A program made the translations under genes and the position numbers. A DNA stretch of 64,000 bases from Mobula hypostoma (lineage: Eukaryota): the NCBI RefSeq assembly GCF_963921235.1, contig NC_086101.1, forward strand, positions 496,001-560,000, in the 5' to 3' direction. Under the pieces are notes generated by a model. It worked only from the letters and a program-made list of their open reading frames with translations, was not told the origin of the DNA and ran no database searches. Positions within the stretch are counted from its first letter, which is position 1. Each line of letters starts with the position of its first letter. Of the stretch, positions 8,900 through 22,869 are shown in pieces.

Positions 8900-10917
8900 G
8901 CAGTCTGGAGCTGGAAAAGGCATGTAATAATGGTAATGTCACAATTGTTTTGGGGGACATCAATATGCAACGGGATTGGGAAAATCAGGTTGGTATCAGA
9001 TCTCAAGAGAGGGAATTTGTTGAATGCCCCCGAGACGGCTTTTTAGAGCAGCTTGTGCTTGGCCCTACTTGGGGAAAGACCATCTTGGATTGGGTGTTGC
9101 GTTACAACTCAAAGTTGCTGGTGAACGCAGCAGGCCAGACAACATCTCTAGGAAGAGGTACAGTCGACGTTTCGGGCCGACACCATTCGGCAGGACCATA
9201 AGACCATAAGACAAAGGAGCAGAAGTCGGCCATTCGAGTCTGCTCCGCCATTTTATCATGAGCTGATCCATTCTCCCATTTAGTCCCACTCCCCCGCCTT
9301 CTCACCATAACCTTTGATGCCCTGGCTACTCAGATACCTATCGATCTCTGCCTTAAATACACCCAAAGACTAGGCCAAACTGAAAGGAATAACTGAAAGA
9401 AGAGCTAGTAAGAGATTTGAAAGTGGGAGGGGGAGGGGGAGATCCAAAATGATAGGAGAAGACAGGAGGGGGAGGGATGGAGCCAAGAGCTGGACAGGTG
9501 ATTGGCAAAAGGGATATGAGAGGATCATGGGATAGGAGGCCCAGGGAGAAAGAAAGGGGGGAGGGAGGTAAAACCCAGAGGATGGGCAAGGGGTGTAGTC
9601 AGAGGGACAGAGGGAGAAAAAGGAGAGAGAAAGAATGTGTGTATATAAATAAATAATGGATGGGGTACGAGGGGGAGGCGGGGCATTAGCAGAAGTTTGA
9701 GGTAAATGTTCATGCCGGAACTCAGGTTGGAGGAACAACACCTTAGATTCCGTCTAGGTAGCCTCCAACCTGATGGCATGAACATTGACCTCAAACTTCC
9801 GCTAATGCCCCGCCTCCCCCTCGTACCCCATCCATTATTTATTTATATACACACATTCTTTCTCTCTCTCTCCTTTTTCTCTCTCTGTCCCTCTGACTAT
9901 ACCCCTTGCCCATTCTTTGGGTTTTCCCCCCCCCTCCCTCCTTTCCTTCCCCCTTGGCCTCCTGTCCCATGATCCTCTCATATCCTTTTTGCCAATCACC
10001 TGTCCAGCTCTTGGCTCCATCCCTTCCCCTCCTGTCTTCTCCTATCATTTTGGATCTCCCCCTCCCCCTCCCACTTTCAAATCTCTTACTAGCTCTTCTT
10101 TCAGTTAGTCCTGACAAAGCGTCTTGGCCCGAAATGTCGACTGTACCTCTTCCTAGAGATGCTGCCTGGCCTGCTATGTTCACCAGCAACTTTGAGTTGT
10201 GTTGCTTAAATTTCCAGCATCTGCAGAATTCCTCGTGTTTGTGTAACAACCCTGACCTTATTCAGGAAATTAAAGTTCAAGAACCCTTAGGAGGCAGTGA
10301 TCATTATATAATTGAATTCTTACTGCAATTTGGGAGAGGGAAGCCTGAGTCATGTATCTCACAAAGGAATAAAGGGAATTACAGAGGCATGAGAGAGGAA
10401 CTCGCCCAGGTGAATTGAAGGATGATATTCCGGGGAAGATAGCTGAACAGAGGTCACTGAAGTATCTGGGAATAGTTTACAAGGAGCAGGATAGACATGT
10501 CCCACAGAAGTTGTTTTCAAATGTCGGGGGTAGGAATCCGAGGCTGACAAGGGAAGTTAAGGACAGCGTAAAACCTGAGGAAATGGTATATAAGGTAGCA
10601 AAGGTGAGTGGGATGTTTGATTATTGGGATGTTTTTAAAATGCAACAAAAGGCAAATTGAAAAGCCTTTTAAGGAGGGATATTTTCAGGCAGAGTAGTAA
10701 CCCTGTGGGATGCTCTGCCACAGACTGTAGTGGAGGCCAAGTCTGTGGGTATATTTAAGGCAGAAGTTGATCATTTCCTGATGGATCGGGCCATCAAAGG
10801 GTATGGCGAGAAGGCCGTGTATGGGATTGAGTGGGATCGGGGATCAACCGTGATGGAATGGCGGAGTGGAGTCGATGGGCTGAGTGGCCTAATTCTGCTC
10901 CTGTGTGTTATGGTCTT
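8900..10917 (+). mobile_element. Old CR1 ORF2 and 3' end, interrupted by a PLE insertion
   Basis: GDINMQ..LEQLVLGPT..ILDWVL resumes as CNNPDLI..GGSDH after 10222; CR1 3' UTR ~10680-10917. Confidence 0.75.
9105..10225. mobile_element. PLE 3' ends (pseudo-LTRs) in inverted arrangement: minus 9105-9700 (split by a CR1 tail), plus 9706-10225
   Basis: LRLEEQHLRFRLGSLQPDGMNID (PLE C-terminus); the two arms are reverse complements; degenerate hammerhead motifs at ~9160-9196 and ~10107-10142. Confidence 0.85.
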
Positions 10918-11115
10918 ACCAATATTCACCCTGACCCCTACTTTTCCAGTCAGCACCTTGTCCCTTTTCACCTGTCTAATTGCGGGTGGACTTTAGGACC
11001 TGGGGGAGCTCAGGACCTGCCGCCCGCAGTTGCTGCTGAATCCGCAGTGTTTCTGTTCTATTGACGGACTTGTTGAACGAGTTAAAATTAATGGATTGAT
11101 AATTCTCATCTCGTG

Positions 11116-11121
11116 TTTATT
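11116..11121 (-). terminator. Candidate polyadenylation signal of the TRIM gene
   Basis: AATAAA on minus, ~67 nt after the stop codon. Confidence 0.55.
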
Positions 11122-11187
11122 TCACTCTCCGCACATTTATATTTACTGTGTCTTTACTCCTGACGCCGGTCCCGGGACCCGACCAGT

Positions 11188-11729
11188 TTACAGACCCGGA
11201 GCGGAACCGAAGCAGATTCTCAGCCACTGGTTTCCATCCCAGGTCGCAAAGAAAGGATAAAGTTTCCCCGTAAATTTATTCCCAGTGAAGGTGTGGAGAT
11301 GGGATTTGGTCTCTGCGTTGTAAAATGAAACTGTCCCGGACTCGTAACTGAGATAAACTCCCACCCTCCCGGGGATGGGACCGGCAGGGAGACGGGTCAC
11401 AGGGGAGGTAAAAACATACTCCCGATGTAACACGTCACCAACCTGCCCGATGACCCAGAATCCAGTCTCCGGACTCGGATCAACCCGTCCCTTTCTCTCC
11501 ACAGACTCTGCGGCGACTCCCAGACACCAGCGCCGATTTCCCGTCACCTCCACCTCCCAGTAATGTCTCCCCGATGTGAATCCCTCCGATCCCAGCACAC
11601 AAGTCCAGAATGTGAATCTCTTCCCGGTGACAAGGAGATTCCTCGGGGTCCGGGTACATCTCACACTCTTCCGATCCTCAGACACCTCGAGCCGCGGATT
11701 CGCCGTTTCCACATCCAGGGTGACAGAGA
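11188..11729 (-). CDS. TRIM terminal exon: PRY/SPRY (B30.2)
   Basis: ccccag|[62 protein letters not shown] stop. Confidence 0.95.
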
Positions 11730-14700
11730 CTGGGGGGAGAAGCAGAGAATTAGAGTCCCTGGTGACTGGTGGGAGAATCGGGCAGTGCGGCCCCAGGGCT
11801 CGGGGGGAGACTCAGACAGTGCAGCCCCGGGGATCGGGGGGAGACTCGGGCAGCGCAGCCCCGGGGATCGGGGGAAGACTCGGGCAGCGCAGCCCCGGGG
11901 ATCGGGGGAAGACTCGGGCAGCGCGGCCCCGGGGATCGGGGGGAGACTCGGGCAGCGCGGCCCCGGGGATCGAGGGGAGACTCGGGCAGCGCGGCCCTGG
12001 AGATTGCGGGAGGGGAGACTCGGGCAGTGCGGCCCCGGGACCAGTGGAAAGGCCGCTGGGCCTCAGGCGCTGTCAGTTGGACGACACGAACCTTTCCCAT
12101 GGTTTGACAACTAATGTCTCCCCAAGGGTTTTCCATTGGACGAAGAGCAGAGATTTCCGATCAAACAGACAGAAAATGTTGGAGGACCCAAGCTGGTCAG
12201 GCAGCATGTGTGGAGAGAGATGAACAGTCTACGTTTCAGGTCGACATCTTCCCTGAAGAACAGAAATAAATAGAGGAGATAGACAGCAGAAACTAGTGCG
12301 GGAAAGGGGTGGATTAAGATCAGAAGAGGGTGAGTGAATGGATTGAAACAGGAAGTCACAGAGGCTCTTCGGCCCAACTTGTTCGTGCTGACCAGCTTGC
12401 TTAAAGGAGCAAATCCCATTTTCCCATTATTCCTTTCCCCCTTTCTTATCCACGTACCTGTCCAAATGTATTTTAAAACATTGTCACTGTACCGAACTCT
12501 ACAGTTGATCAAGGGCCTGTTGTGAACTTAGACAACCTTCTTCGCTGTCCACTATACCATGAATTTTAGTGTCACCCACAAAACTACTAACTATGTCACC
12601 AACATTCTCATCCAAAATTTAATATGAATGACAAACAACTTGGCCCCAGTACCGACCTCTCCAGGACACAGGCCTCCAGTCCTCATGTTTAAGAGACACT
12701 AGGACAGACACTTCAATTGGCAAGGCACAGAAGGAGACTGACCTAATGCCAGCTAAGGGGATGAATGTAGATGGATAAATAGGTCAGCACAGAGGTGATG
12801 GGTTGAAGGACACATTTCTATGCTGTCCGGCGATGGCTCTGTGAAGAGAATGGGCAACCATATAACTATGTAACAATCACAGCATGGAAACAGGCCATCT
12901 CAGCCCTTCTAGTCCGTGCCAAAGGCGGACTCTCACCTAGTCCCACCGACCTGCACTCAGTTCATAACCCTCCATTCCTTTCCTGTCCATATACCTATCC
13001 AATATTTCTTTAAATGACAATATCGAACCTGCCTCTACCACTTCTACTGGAAACTCGTTCCACACAGCCACCTGTCTCTGAGTAAAGAAGTTCCTCCTTG
13101 TGTTACCCCTAAACTTTTGCCCCCTAACTCAACTCATGTTCTCTTCTTTGAATCTCCCCTACTCTCAATGGAGAAACCCTATCCATCTCAACTTTATCTA
13201 TCCCCCTCATAATTTTAAATACCTCTATCAAGTCCCCCCTCAACCTTCTACGTTCAGAAGAATAAAGACCTAACTTGTTCAACCTTTCTCTGTAACTCAG
13301 GTGCTGAAACCTAGGTAACATTCTAGTAAGTCTTCTCGGTACTCTCTCTATTTTGTTCACATCTTTCCTATAATTTGGTGACCAGAACTGTATACAGTAC
13401 TCCAATTTTGGCCTTACCAATGCCTTGTCCAATTTTAACATTGCATCCCAACTCCTATACTCAATGCTCTGATTTATAAAAGGCCAGCATACCAAAAGCT
13501 TTCTTCACCACCCTATCCACATGAGATTCCACCTTCAGGGAACTATGCACCAGTATTCCAAGATCACACTGTTCTACTGCATTCTTCAATGCCCTACCAT
13601 TTACAATGTATGTCCTATTTTGATTAGTCCTACCAGAATGTACCACCTCACACTTATCAACATTAAACTCCATCTGCCACCTTTCAGCCCCCTCTTCTAA
13701 CTGGCCTAAATCTCTCTGCAAGCTTTGTAAACCTGCTTCAATATCCACAGCGTCACCTATTTTAGAATCATCTGCATTCTTACTAATCCAATTTACCACC
13801 CCATCATCCAGATCATTAATGTATATGACAAACAACATTGGACCCAGTACAGATCCCTGAGGCACACCACTAGTCACCGGCCTCCAACCTGACCAACAGT
13901 TATCCACCACTACTCTCTGGCATCTCCCATCCAGCCACTGTTGAATCCATTTTACTACTTCAATATGAATACCTAATGATTGAACCTTCCTAACTAACCT
14001 TCCGTGTGGATCCTTGTCAACGGCCTTACTGAAGTCCATATAGACAACATCCACTGCTTTACCCTCATCAAATTTCCGAGTAAACTGTTCAAAAAATTCA
14101 ATAAGTTTTGTCAAACATGACCTTCCATGCACAAATCCATGTTGACTGTTCCTAGTCAGACCCTGTCTATCCAGATAATTATATATACAATCTCTAAGAA
14201 TACTTTCCATTAATTTACCCACCACTGACATCAAACCCACAGGCCGATAATTGCTAGGTTTACCCTAAGAACCCTTTTTAAACAATGGAACTACATGAGC
14301 AATACGCCAATCCTCCAGCACCATCCCCTTTTCTAATGACATTTGAAATATTTCTGTCAGAGCCCCTGCTATTTCTACACTAACTTCATTCAAGGTCCTA
14401 GGGAATATCCTGTCAGGACCCGGGGACTAAACCACTTTTAGATTCCTTAAAAGCGCCAGTACTTCCTCTTCTTTAATCATCATAGTTTCCATAATTTCCC
14501 TACTTGTTTCCCTTACCTTACACAATTCAATATCATTCTCCTTAGCGAATACAGAAGAAAAGAAATTGTTCAAAATTTCCCCCATCTCTTTTGGCTCCAC
14601 ACATAGCTGTCCACTCTGATTCTCTAAGGGACCAATTTTATCCCTCACTATCCTTTTGCTATTAATATAACTCTAGAAACATTTTGGATTATTTTCACCT

Positions 14701-17700
14701 TACTTCCAAAGCAACCATGTATCTTCTTTTAGCTTTTCTAATTTCTTTCTTAAGATTCTTTTAACATTCTTTATATTCTTCAAGCACTTCATTTACTCCA
14801 TGCTGCCTATATTTATTGTAGATATCTCTGTTTTTCCAAACCAAGTTTCCAATATCCCTTGAAGACCATGGATCTCTCAAATTTTTAACCTTTTCTTTCA
14901 ACCTATGTATTGCTGCAAAAAGCTATCCTGCACACTTTTTACAAACACCTTTCCCATTCCTCAGTTCCACCCAAATAGCCTCCCCAGACAAGCCCTCTAA
15001 TCTATCCTGCCAGAGCACCGCTGTAATATTTTCTCTGACAAGCAATGCAACACCTCCCCCTCTTGCCCTCCGATTCTATCACACCTGAAGCAACGAAATC
15101 CAGGAATATTTAGTTGCCAATCACACCCCTCCTGCAACCATGTTTTACTAACAGTTACATCATCATACTTCCAGGTATCAATCAATACTCTAAGCTCATC
15201 TACCTTTCTTCCAATGCACCTAGCATTAAAATAAATGCATGTAAGAAATTTCCCACCTCTTACTCTCTGTTTGTCACTAACGGTGCAAACAACTTTACTA
15301 TGTTCTTTTTCTTTCTTCTCCCCTACATCTGTTCCTACACTCTTGTTCCCCTCCCGCCTTGTATCTGGTTTAAATCCACTGGAGCCTCTCTAGCAAACCT
15401 ACCTGTAAGAATATTTGTCCCCCTCCAGTTCGTCCTGCCGGAACAGGTCCCACCTTCCCTGGAAAACTGCCCAATTTATCCATAAATCTGAAGCTCTCCC
15501 CACTGCACCATGTCTTCAGCCACATGTTGATCTGCTCTATCTCACTATTTCTAAACCCGCCTGCATGTGGCACTGGTAGCACTACTGAGATTGCTATCCT
15601 GGAGGTCCTGTCCTTTAACTTTGTGCCTAACTCCCTAAACTTACCTTTCAGAACCCCAATCTCCCTACTCCCCCATGGATGCTCAGAATTCAAAACAGAC
15701 AGTGACCCCTGACAGGGGAACCATCCTCCCTGTATCCTGCCTGTTGAGCCCTGAAAGAATTTTTTGTTACCCTGAGATCGCCTCTCATTCTTCTGATCAG
15801 GGAACAGAGAACATAGAACAGTACAACACTGGAACAGGCCCTTCATTCAATGTAAACATTCATTTGAACATAGAATAGTACAGCACATTACAGGCCCTTC
15901 AGCCCACAATGTTGTGCCAACCCTCAAACGCCGCCTCCCAAATAACCCCCACTTAAATTCCTCCATATACCTGGCTAGTAGTCTCCTAAACTTCACGAGT
16001 GTATCTGCGGACTCAGGCAGTGCATTCCATGCACCAACCACTCTCTGAGTAAAAAACTTTCCTCTAATATCCCCCTTGAACTTCCCACCCCTTACCTTAA
16101 AGCCATGTCCTCTTGTACTGAGCAGTGGTGCCCTGGGGAAGAGGCACTGGCTATCCACTCTATCTATTCCTCTTATTATCTTGTACACCTCGATCATGTC
16201 TCCTCTCATCCTCCTTCTGTCCAAAGAGTAAAGCCCTAGCTCCCTTAATCTCTGATCATAATGCATACTTTCTAAACCAGGCAGCATCCTGGTAAATCTC
16301 CTCTGTACTCTTTCCAATGCTTCCACATCCTTCCTATCGTGAGGTGACCAGAACTGGACACAGTACTCCAAGTGTGACCTAACCTGAGTTTTATAGAGCT
16401 GCATCATTATATCGTGACTTTTAAACTCTATCCCTCGACTTCTGAAAGCTTTCTTAACTACCCTATCTACCTGTGAGGCAACTTTCAAGGATCTGTGCAC
16501 ATGTACCCCCAGATCCCTCTGCTCCTCCACATGACCAAGTATCCTGCCATTTACTTTGTACTCTGACTTGGAGTTTGTCCTTCCAAAGTGTACCACCTCA
16601 CACTTCTCCGGGTTGAACTCCATCTGCCACTTCTCAGCCCACTTCTGCATCCTATCAATGTCTATCTACAATCTTCAACAATCCTCTACCCTATCTACAA
16701 CATCACCAACCTTTGTGTCATCTGCAAACTTGCCAACCCACCCTTCTACCCCCACATTCAGGTCGTTAATAAAAATCACGAAAAGTAGAGGTCCCAGAAC
16801 AGATCCTTGTGGGACACCACTAGTCACAATCCTCCAATCTGAATGTACTCCCTCCACCACCACCCTCTGCCTTCTGCAGGCAAGACAAATCTGAATCCAC
16901 CTGGCCAAACTTCCCTGGATCCCATGCCTTCTAACTTTCTGAATAAGCCTACCATGTGGAACCTTGTCAAATGCCTTACTAAAATCCATATAGATCACAT
17001 CCACTGCACTACCCTCATCTATATGCCTGGTCACCTCCTCAAAGAACTCTATCAGGCTTGTTAGACACGATCTGCCCTTCACAAAGCCATGCTGACTGCC
17101 CCTGATCAGACCATGATTCTCTAAATGCCTATAGATCCAATCTCTAAGAATCTATTCCAACAGCTTTCCCACCACAGACGTAAGGCTCACTGGTCAATAA
17201 TTAACCGGACTCTCCCTACTACCTTTTTTGAACAAGGGAACAACATTCGCCTCCCTCCAATCCTCCGGTACCATTCCCGTGGACAACGAGGACATAAAGA
17301 TCCTAGCCAGAGGCTCAGCCATCTCTTCTCTCGCCTCATGGAGCAGCCTGGGGAATATTCCATCAGGCCCCAGGGACTAACCGTCCTAATGTATTTTAAC
17401 AACTCCAACACCTCCTCTCTCTTAATATCAACATGCTCCAGAACATCAACCTCACTCATATTGTCCTCACCATCATCAAGTTCCTTCTCATTGGTGAATA
17501 CCGAAGAGAAGTATTCACTGAGGACCTTGCTCACTTCCACAGCCTCCAGGCACATCTTCCCATCTTTATCTCTAATCGGTCCTACCTTCACTCCTGTCAT
17601 CCTTTTGTTCTTCACATAATTGAAGAATGCCTTGAGGTTTTCCTCTACCCTACTTGCCAAGGCCTTCTCATGCCCCCTTCTTGCTCTTCTCAGCCCCTTC

Positions 17701-20700
17701 TTAAGCTCCTTTCTTGCTTCCCTATATTCCTCAATAGACCCATCTGATCCTTGCTTCCTAAACCTCCTGTATGCTGCCTTCTTCCACCTGACTAGATTTT
17801 CCACCTCACTTGTCACCCATGGTTCCTTCACCCTACCATTCTTTATCTTCCTCACCGGGACAAATTTATCCCTAACATCCTGCAAGATATCTCTAAACAT
17901 CGACCACATGCCCATCGTACATTTCCCTGCAAAAGCATCATCCCAATTCACACCCACAAGTTCCAGCCTTATGGCCTCATAATTTGCCCTTCCCCAATTA
18001 AAAATTTTCCTGTCCTCTCTGATTGTATCCTTTTCCATGATAATTATAAAGGCCAGGGAGCGGTGGTCTCTGTCCCCCAGATGCTCACTCGCTGAGAGAT
18101 CTGTGACCTGACCCGGTTCATTACCTAGTTCTAGATCTAGTATCGCATTCTCCGTAGTCGGCCTGTCCACATACTGTGACAGGAATCCATCCTGGACACA
18201 CTTAACAAACTCTGCTCCATCTAAACCCTTGGAACTTATCAGGTGCCAATCAATATTAGGGAAGTTAAAGTCACCCATGATAACAACCCTGTTATTTTTG
18301 CAGCTTTCCAAAATCTGCCTCCCAATCTGCTCCTCTGTATCTCTGCTGCTACCAGGGGGCCTATAGAATACCCCCAATAGAGTAAATGTCCCTTCCTGTT
18401 CCTGACTTCCACCCATATTGACTCAAAAGAGGATCCTGCTACATTACCCACCCTTTCTGTAGCTGTAATAGTATCCCTGACTAGTAATTTGTGAGTGTGA
18501 AGTGTGAACTGGGGGAGTGTGAAGATTCGAGACAGTTAAGGAGGTGATAATGGGAACCAGCAAAGAGATGAATGACAGATTGAACCAGAACCAGGTTTGA
18601 GAGGGGTGCAAAGCCTGCGGTGAATTGTGTGTGTAGACGCAATGAGAAGCTGGAGGGAGACAAAGATGGAGATGAGGAAGCCTTTGCCCCTTTCCCACAA
18701 CCCCATTGTCTGCAGCCGCTCATTAGGACAGGGGAAGAATTTGCAGGGACCCTTAAGCAACACAGGTCCTGATGAAGGGATTCGGCCTGAACCCATTGAC
18801 TGTTTACTCTTTTCCATAGATGCTTCCTGGCCTGCTCATTTCCTCCAGCATTTTGTGTGTGTGGCTCCACTGTACATACACTCAATTAGTTGCCTTCACA
18901 GCTGCCTGTGGCAGATTCACTGTCCTGTGACTAAAGGAATTCCTCGTCATCTCTGTTCTAAATGGACATTCTCTAGTCAGAGGCTGTGCCTTCTGTTCTC
19001 GACCCACCCACTATAGGAAACATCCTCCCAACATCAACTCTCTCCAGATAGGTTTCAGAGAGATCAGGCCGAGACCCTTCATCAGGACCTGTGTTGCTTG
19101 GATTACCAGCATCTGCAGATTTTCTCGTGTTTGATTTTTAAAGCAGGAGTTGATAGGTAAACTTCTTGATTAGTCAGGGCATCAAAAGTTATGAGGAGGA
19201 GGAGGAAGAATAGGTTTGAGAAGGATAATAAATCAACCATTCTTCAAAGCTCCCGTGCGTACAACCCCAGAACCATCAAACACTCCTCATATGTTAACTC
19301 TTTCATTCCCGGAATCATTCTTGTGAACCTCCTGGACCCTTTACAATGCCAGCACATCTTTTCCGATATAAGGGACCCAAAACTGCTCACAATACTCCAA
19401 GTGTGGTCTGACCTATGCCTTCTAAAACCTCAGAATTACATCCTATTCAAATGCTAACAATGAGTTTGCCGATCTTAGCACTGACACAAACTGCAAGTTA
19501 ACCTTCAGGGAATCCTGCACCAGGAGCCTCAAGTACCTTTGCACTTAAGATTTTTGAATTTTCTCGCTGTTTACAAAATCGTCTATGCCTTTATTCCTTC
19601 TACCAAAGTGCATGCACGACTTCCCAACTCGATAATCCATCTATCATTTACTTGCCCATTTTCTAATCTGTCTCTGTCCTTCCCCAGACTCTGAGTTTCT
19701 GCAGCACTACTTGCCCCTTCACCGATCTTCATATCATCTGAAAGTTTGGCCACAAAGGCAAAATTCTGTTATCCAAAATCATTCTTTGTCTATCTTGGCT
19801 TTGTGTTCCTCGAAGAATTCCAACAGATTTGTCAGGCAAGATTTCCCCTTAAGGGAAGACATGGTGTCTTTGCCCTATTTTATCATGTGCCTCCATGCAC
19901 CCAAAAGATTGTCCTTAATACTGGACTCCAACATCTTCCTAAGATCACCACATCCAGACGAACACACGTACAATTTTCTTTTCCCAGCTGCTCTTTCTTC
20001 TTAAACTGTGAAGTAACCTTTGCAATTTCCAGACACCCTGAGTGACCAAGTATCTAAAGATCCTTGAAAGATCATTACTAATGCCCCCATATTCTCTTCA
20101 GCTAACTCTTTCCGAACAGTGGGGTGTAGTCCATCTGGGCCAGGGACCTTCAGAACTTCACTCTTCCAACGTACTTTCTCCTTAGTAATAACAACAACAC
20201 TCATTTCTGTCCCCCGACACTCTCACATTTCTGACATACAGCTGGTATTTTCCACAGTGAGGATTGACACAAAATATTAAATAATTACCTCTGCCATTCC
20301 TTTTGTCACATTTCTCCTCTCCAGTGTCATTTTCTAGGGGTCCAATATCCACTTTGTCCTCTCTTTCACGCTTTACATTTTTGTGTCCTCGAGTATTGTA
20401 GGCAAGCTTTCTCTCACATCTCTTTTTCTCTCTCTTTGGCTTTGTAATTGCCTTCTGTTGATGATCAAAATCTCCTCAATACTCCAACATCCTGCTAATT
20501 TTTGCTCCATCGTATGCCCTCTCACTTTTATGCCGTCTTTGACTTCCCTTGTCAAACACAGTTACCTCATCCTCCCTGTATAATACATCTTCATCTTTGG
20601 GATTTATCTATCCGAATTGCCCCGGAACTCCAGTCTTTATTGTTCTGCAATCATCCCTGCTCGTGTCCCCTTCCAATCACCTTTGGTCAGCTCCTCCCTC

Positions 20701-22833
20701 AGGCCTCTGTAACTGACTTTACTCCACTCTGATACCGATACATCTGACTTTAGCTCCGTCTCAAACTCTGGGGTGAATTCTATCATTTTATGATCACTGC
20801 TTCCTAAAGGTTCTTTTACCTTAGTTTCCCAAATCATATCTGGTTCATCATACAAATCCCACTCTAGAATTGCCTTTCTTTCATTGGGCTCAACCACAAT
20901 CTGTTCTAAAAAGCCATCTCGGGGGCATCTACAAATTCCCTCTCTTGGGATGCAGCACCAACATGATTTTCCCAATCTACCTGCATGTTGAAATGCCCCA
21001 TTCCAACCATCACCTTGCCCTTTTTTCCATCCCCTGGTGTGATTTGTATCACATTTCGATCCTGGCTACTATTTGGAGGCCTGTATATGATCACCATCAG
21101 GGTCTGTTTACCCTTGCAGTTTCTTAACTCTACCCACAATGATTTGACATCTTCCAATCCTATGTCACCTCTCTCTAAGGATTTCATTTCATTTTTTACC
21201 AACAGACCCTCCCTATCCCCTCTGCCTACCTACCTGTCCTTTGAATACAAGGTGCATTCTCGGATGTTAGGCTTCAAGCCAGGATCTCCTTTCAACTTAG
21301 TGTTGCTAACAACGTTGTACCTGCCAATCTCTACCTGTGCTACAACATCATCAAACTTACTCCAAATACTGGTGCATTCGGTCCTGTATTCATCAGCCTG
21401 TTCGACACTGTCCACATGAAACTCAGCAAGGTCTTTGTTGTCGATGATAGACCACACTGGGGTATTGTCTGCATTTCCGGTTCCCGAATGTGGGGAAACA
21501 TAGAAACATAGAAAACATACAGCACAATACAGGCCCTTCAGCCCACAAAGCTGTGCCAAACATGCCCCTACCTTAGAACTACCTAGGCTTTACCCATAGC
21601 CCTCTATTTTTCCAAGCTCCATGTATCCATCCAGGAGTCTCTTAGAAGACCCTTTCATATCCGCCTCCACCACTATTGTTGCAGCCCATTCCACGCACTC
21701 ACCACTCTCTGAGTTAAAAAACTTACCCCTGACATCTCCTCTGTACCTACTTCCCAGCACCTTAAAACTATGCCCTCTCGTGCTAGCCATTTCAGCCCTG
21801 GGAAAAAGCATTTGACTATCCACACGATCAATGCCTCTCACTATCTTATACACCTTTATCAGATCACCTCTCATCCTTCATCGCTCCAAGCAGAAAAGGC
21901 TGAGTTCAGTCAATCAATTTCTCCCGGGATCAATAAAATATGACTATGACTATGACTATGAACCTATTCTCATAGGCATGCTCTCCAATCCAGGCAACAT
22001 CCTTTTAGATCTCCTCTGCACCCTTTCTATGGTTTCCATGTCCTTTCTGTCATGAGGTGACCAGAATTGAGCACAGTACTCCAAGTGGGGTCTGTCCAGG
22101 TTCTATATAGCTGCAACATGACCTCTTGGCTCTTAAACCCAATCCCATGATTGATGTAAGCCAATGCACCGTATGCCTCCTTAACCACAGAGTCAACTGG
22201 CGTAGGATGTCACTACACTGGACAGGGAGTTTGGGTTTAAAAGCAGACAGTGGTTAGGCTTGGGCTATTTAGCTGTAGTGTAGGATGTTGAGGGATGACC
22301 CCTTATTGAGGTAAATACATTCATAATGGGCTGAGATAAAGTGAGTCTTTTTCTGAGAAATAGTAGTACAGAACCAGAGGGCTCAAATTGAAAGAGAGAG
22401 GGAAAATTTTTATCAGGGACCTGTGGGGTAATATTCTCACAGAGAGGGAGGTGGGCAGATGGAATTTTCTGTCAGATAGTGTAGAAACAGGTAAAATTAA
22501 AATATTTTAAAATAAATTCAGACAGGTACATAGATAGGAAATGGTTAGAGGGATATGGGGCAAACAAATAAAAATGGGACATGCTGAAGAAGACATCTTA
22601 GCCTTGCCGATGCATGAAGTGGGCCGTGGGTTCAACATCCATCAAACCCCTCCCAGATCATCCTCCTGAGCAATCTCACCCTGGAGTCTGTCTGTGAACT
22701 GTTGATGTGACGTCACGTCAGAGGGCAGCTCAGTGCCACAGAACAGACAGACTGGGTAAGGACGGCAGATTTCATTCCTAAATGGGAATTTGTGCCTGTC
22801 TCTTTGACCGTGCGTCACACTCTTATTGTGTGT

Positions 22834-22869
<36 letters not shown>

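Noticed and set aside
11563..12223. Several 110-215 aa repetitive ORFs on both strands
   Set aside because: Produced by the stop-free GC-rich 34-bp minisatellite
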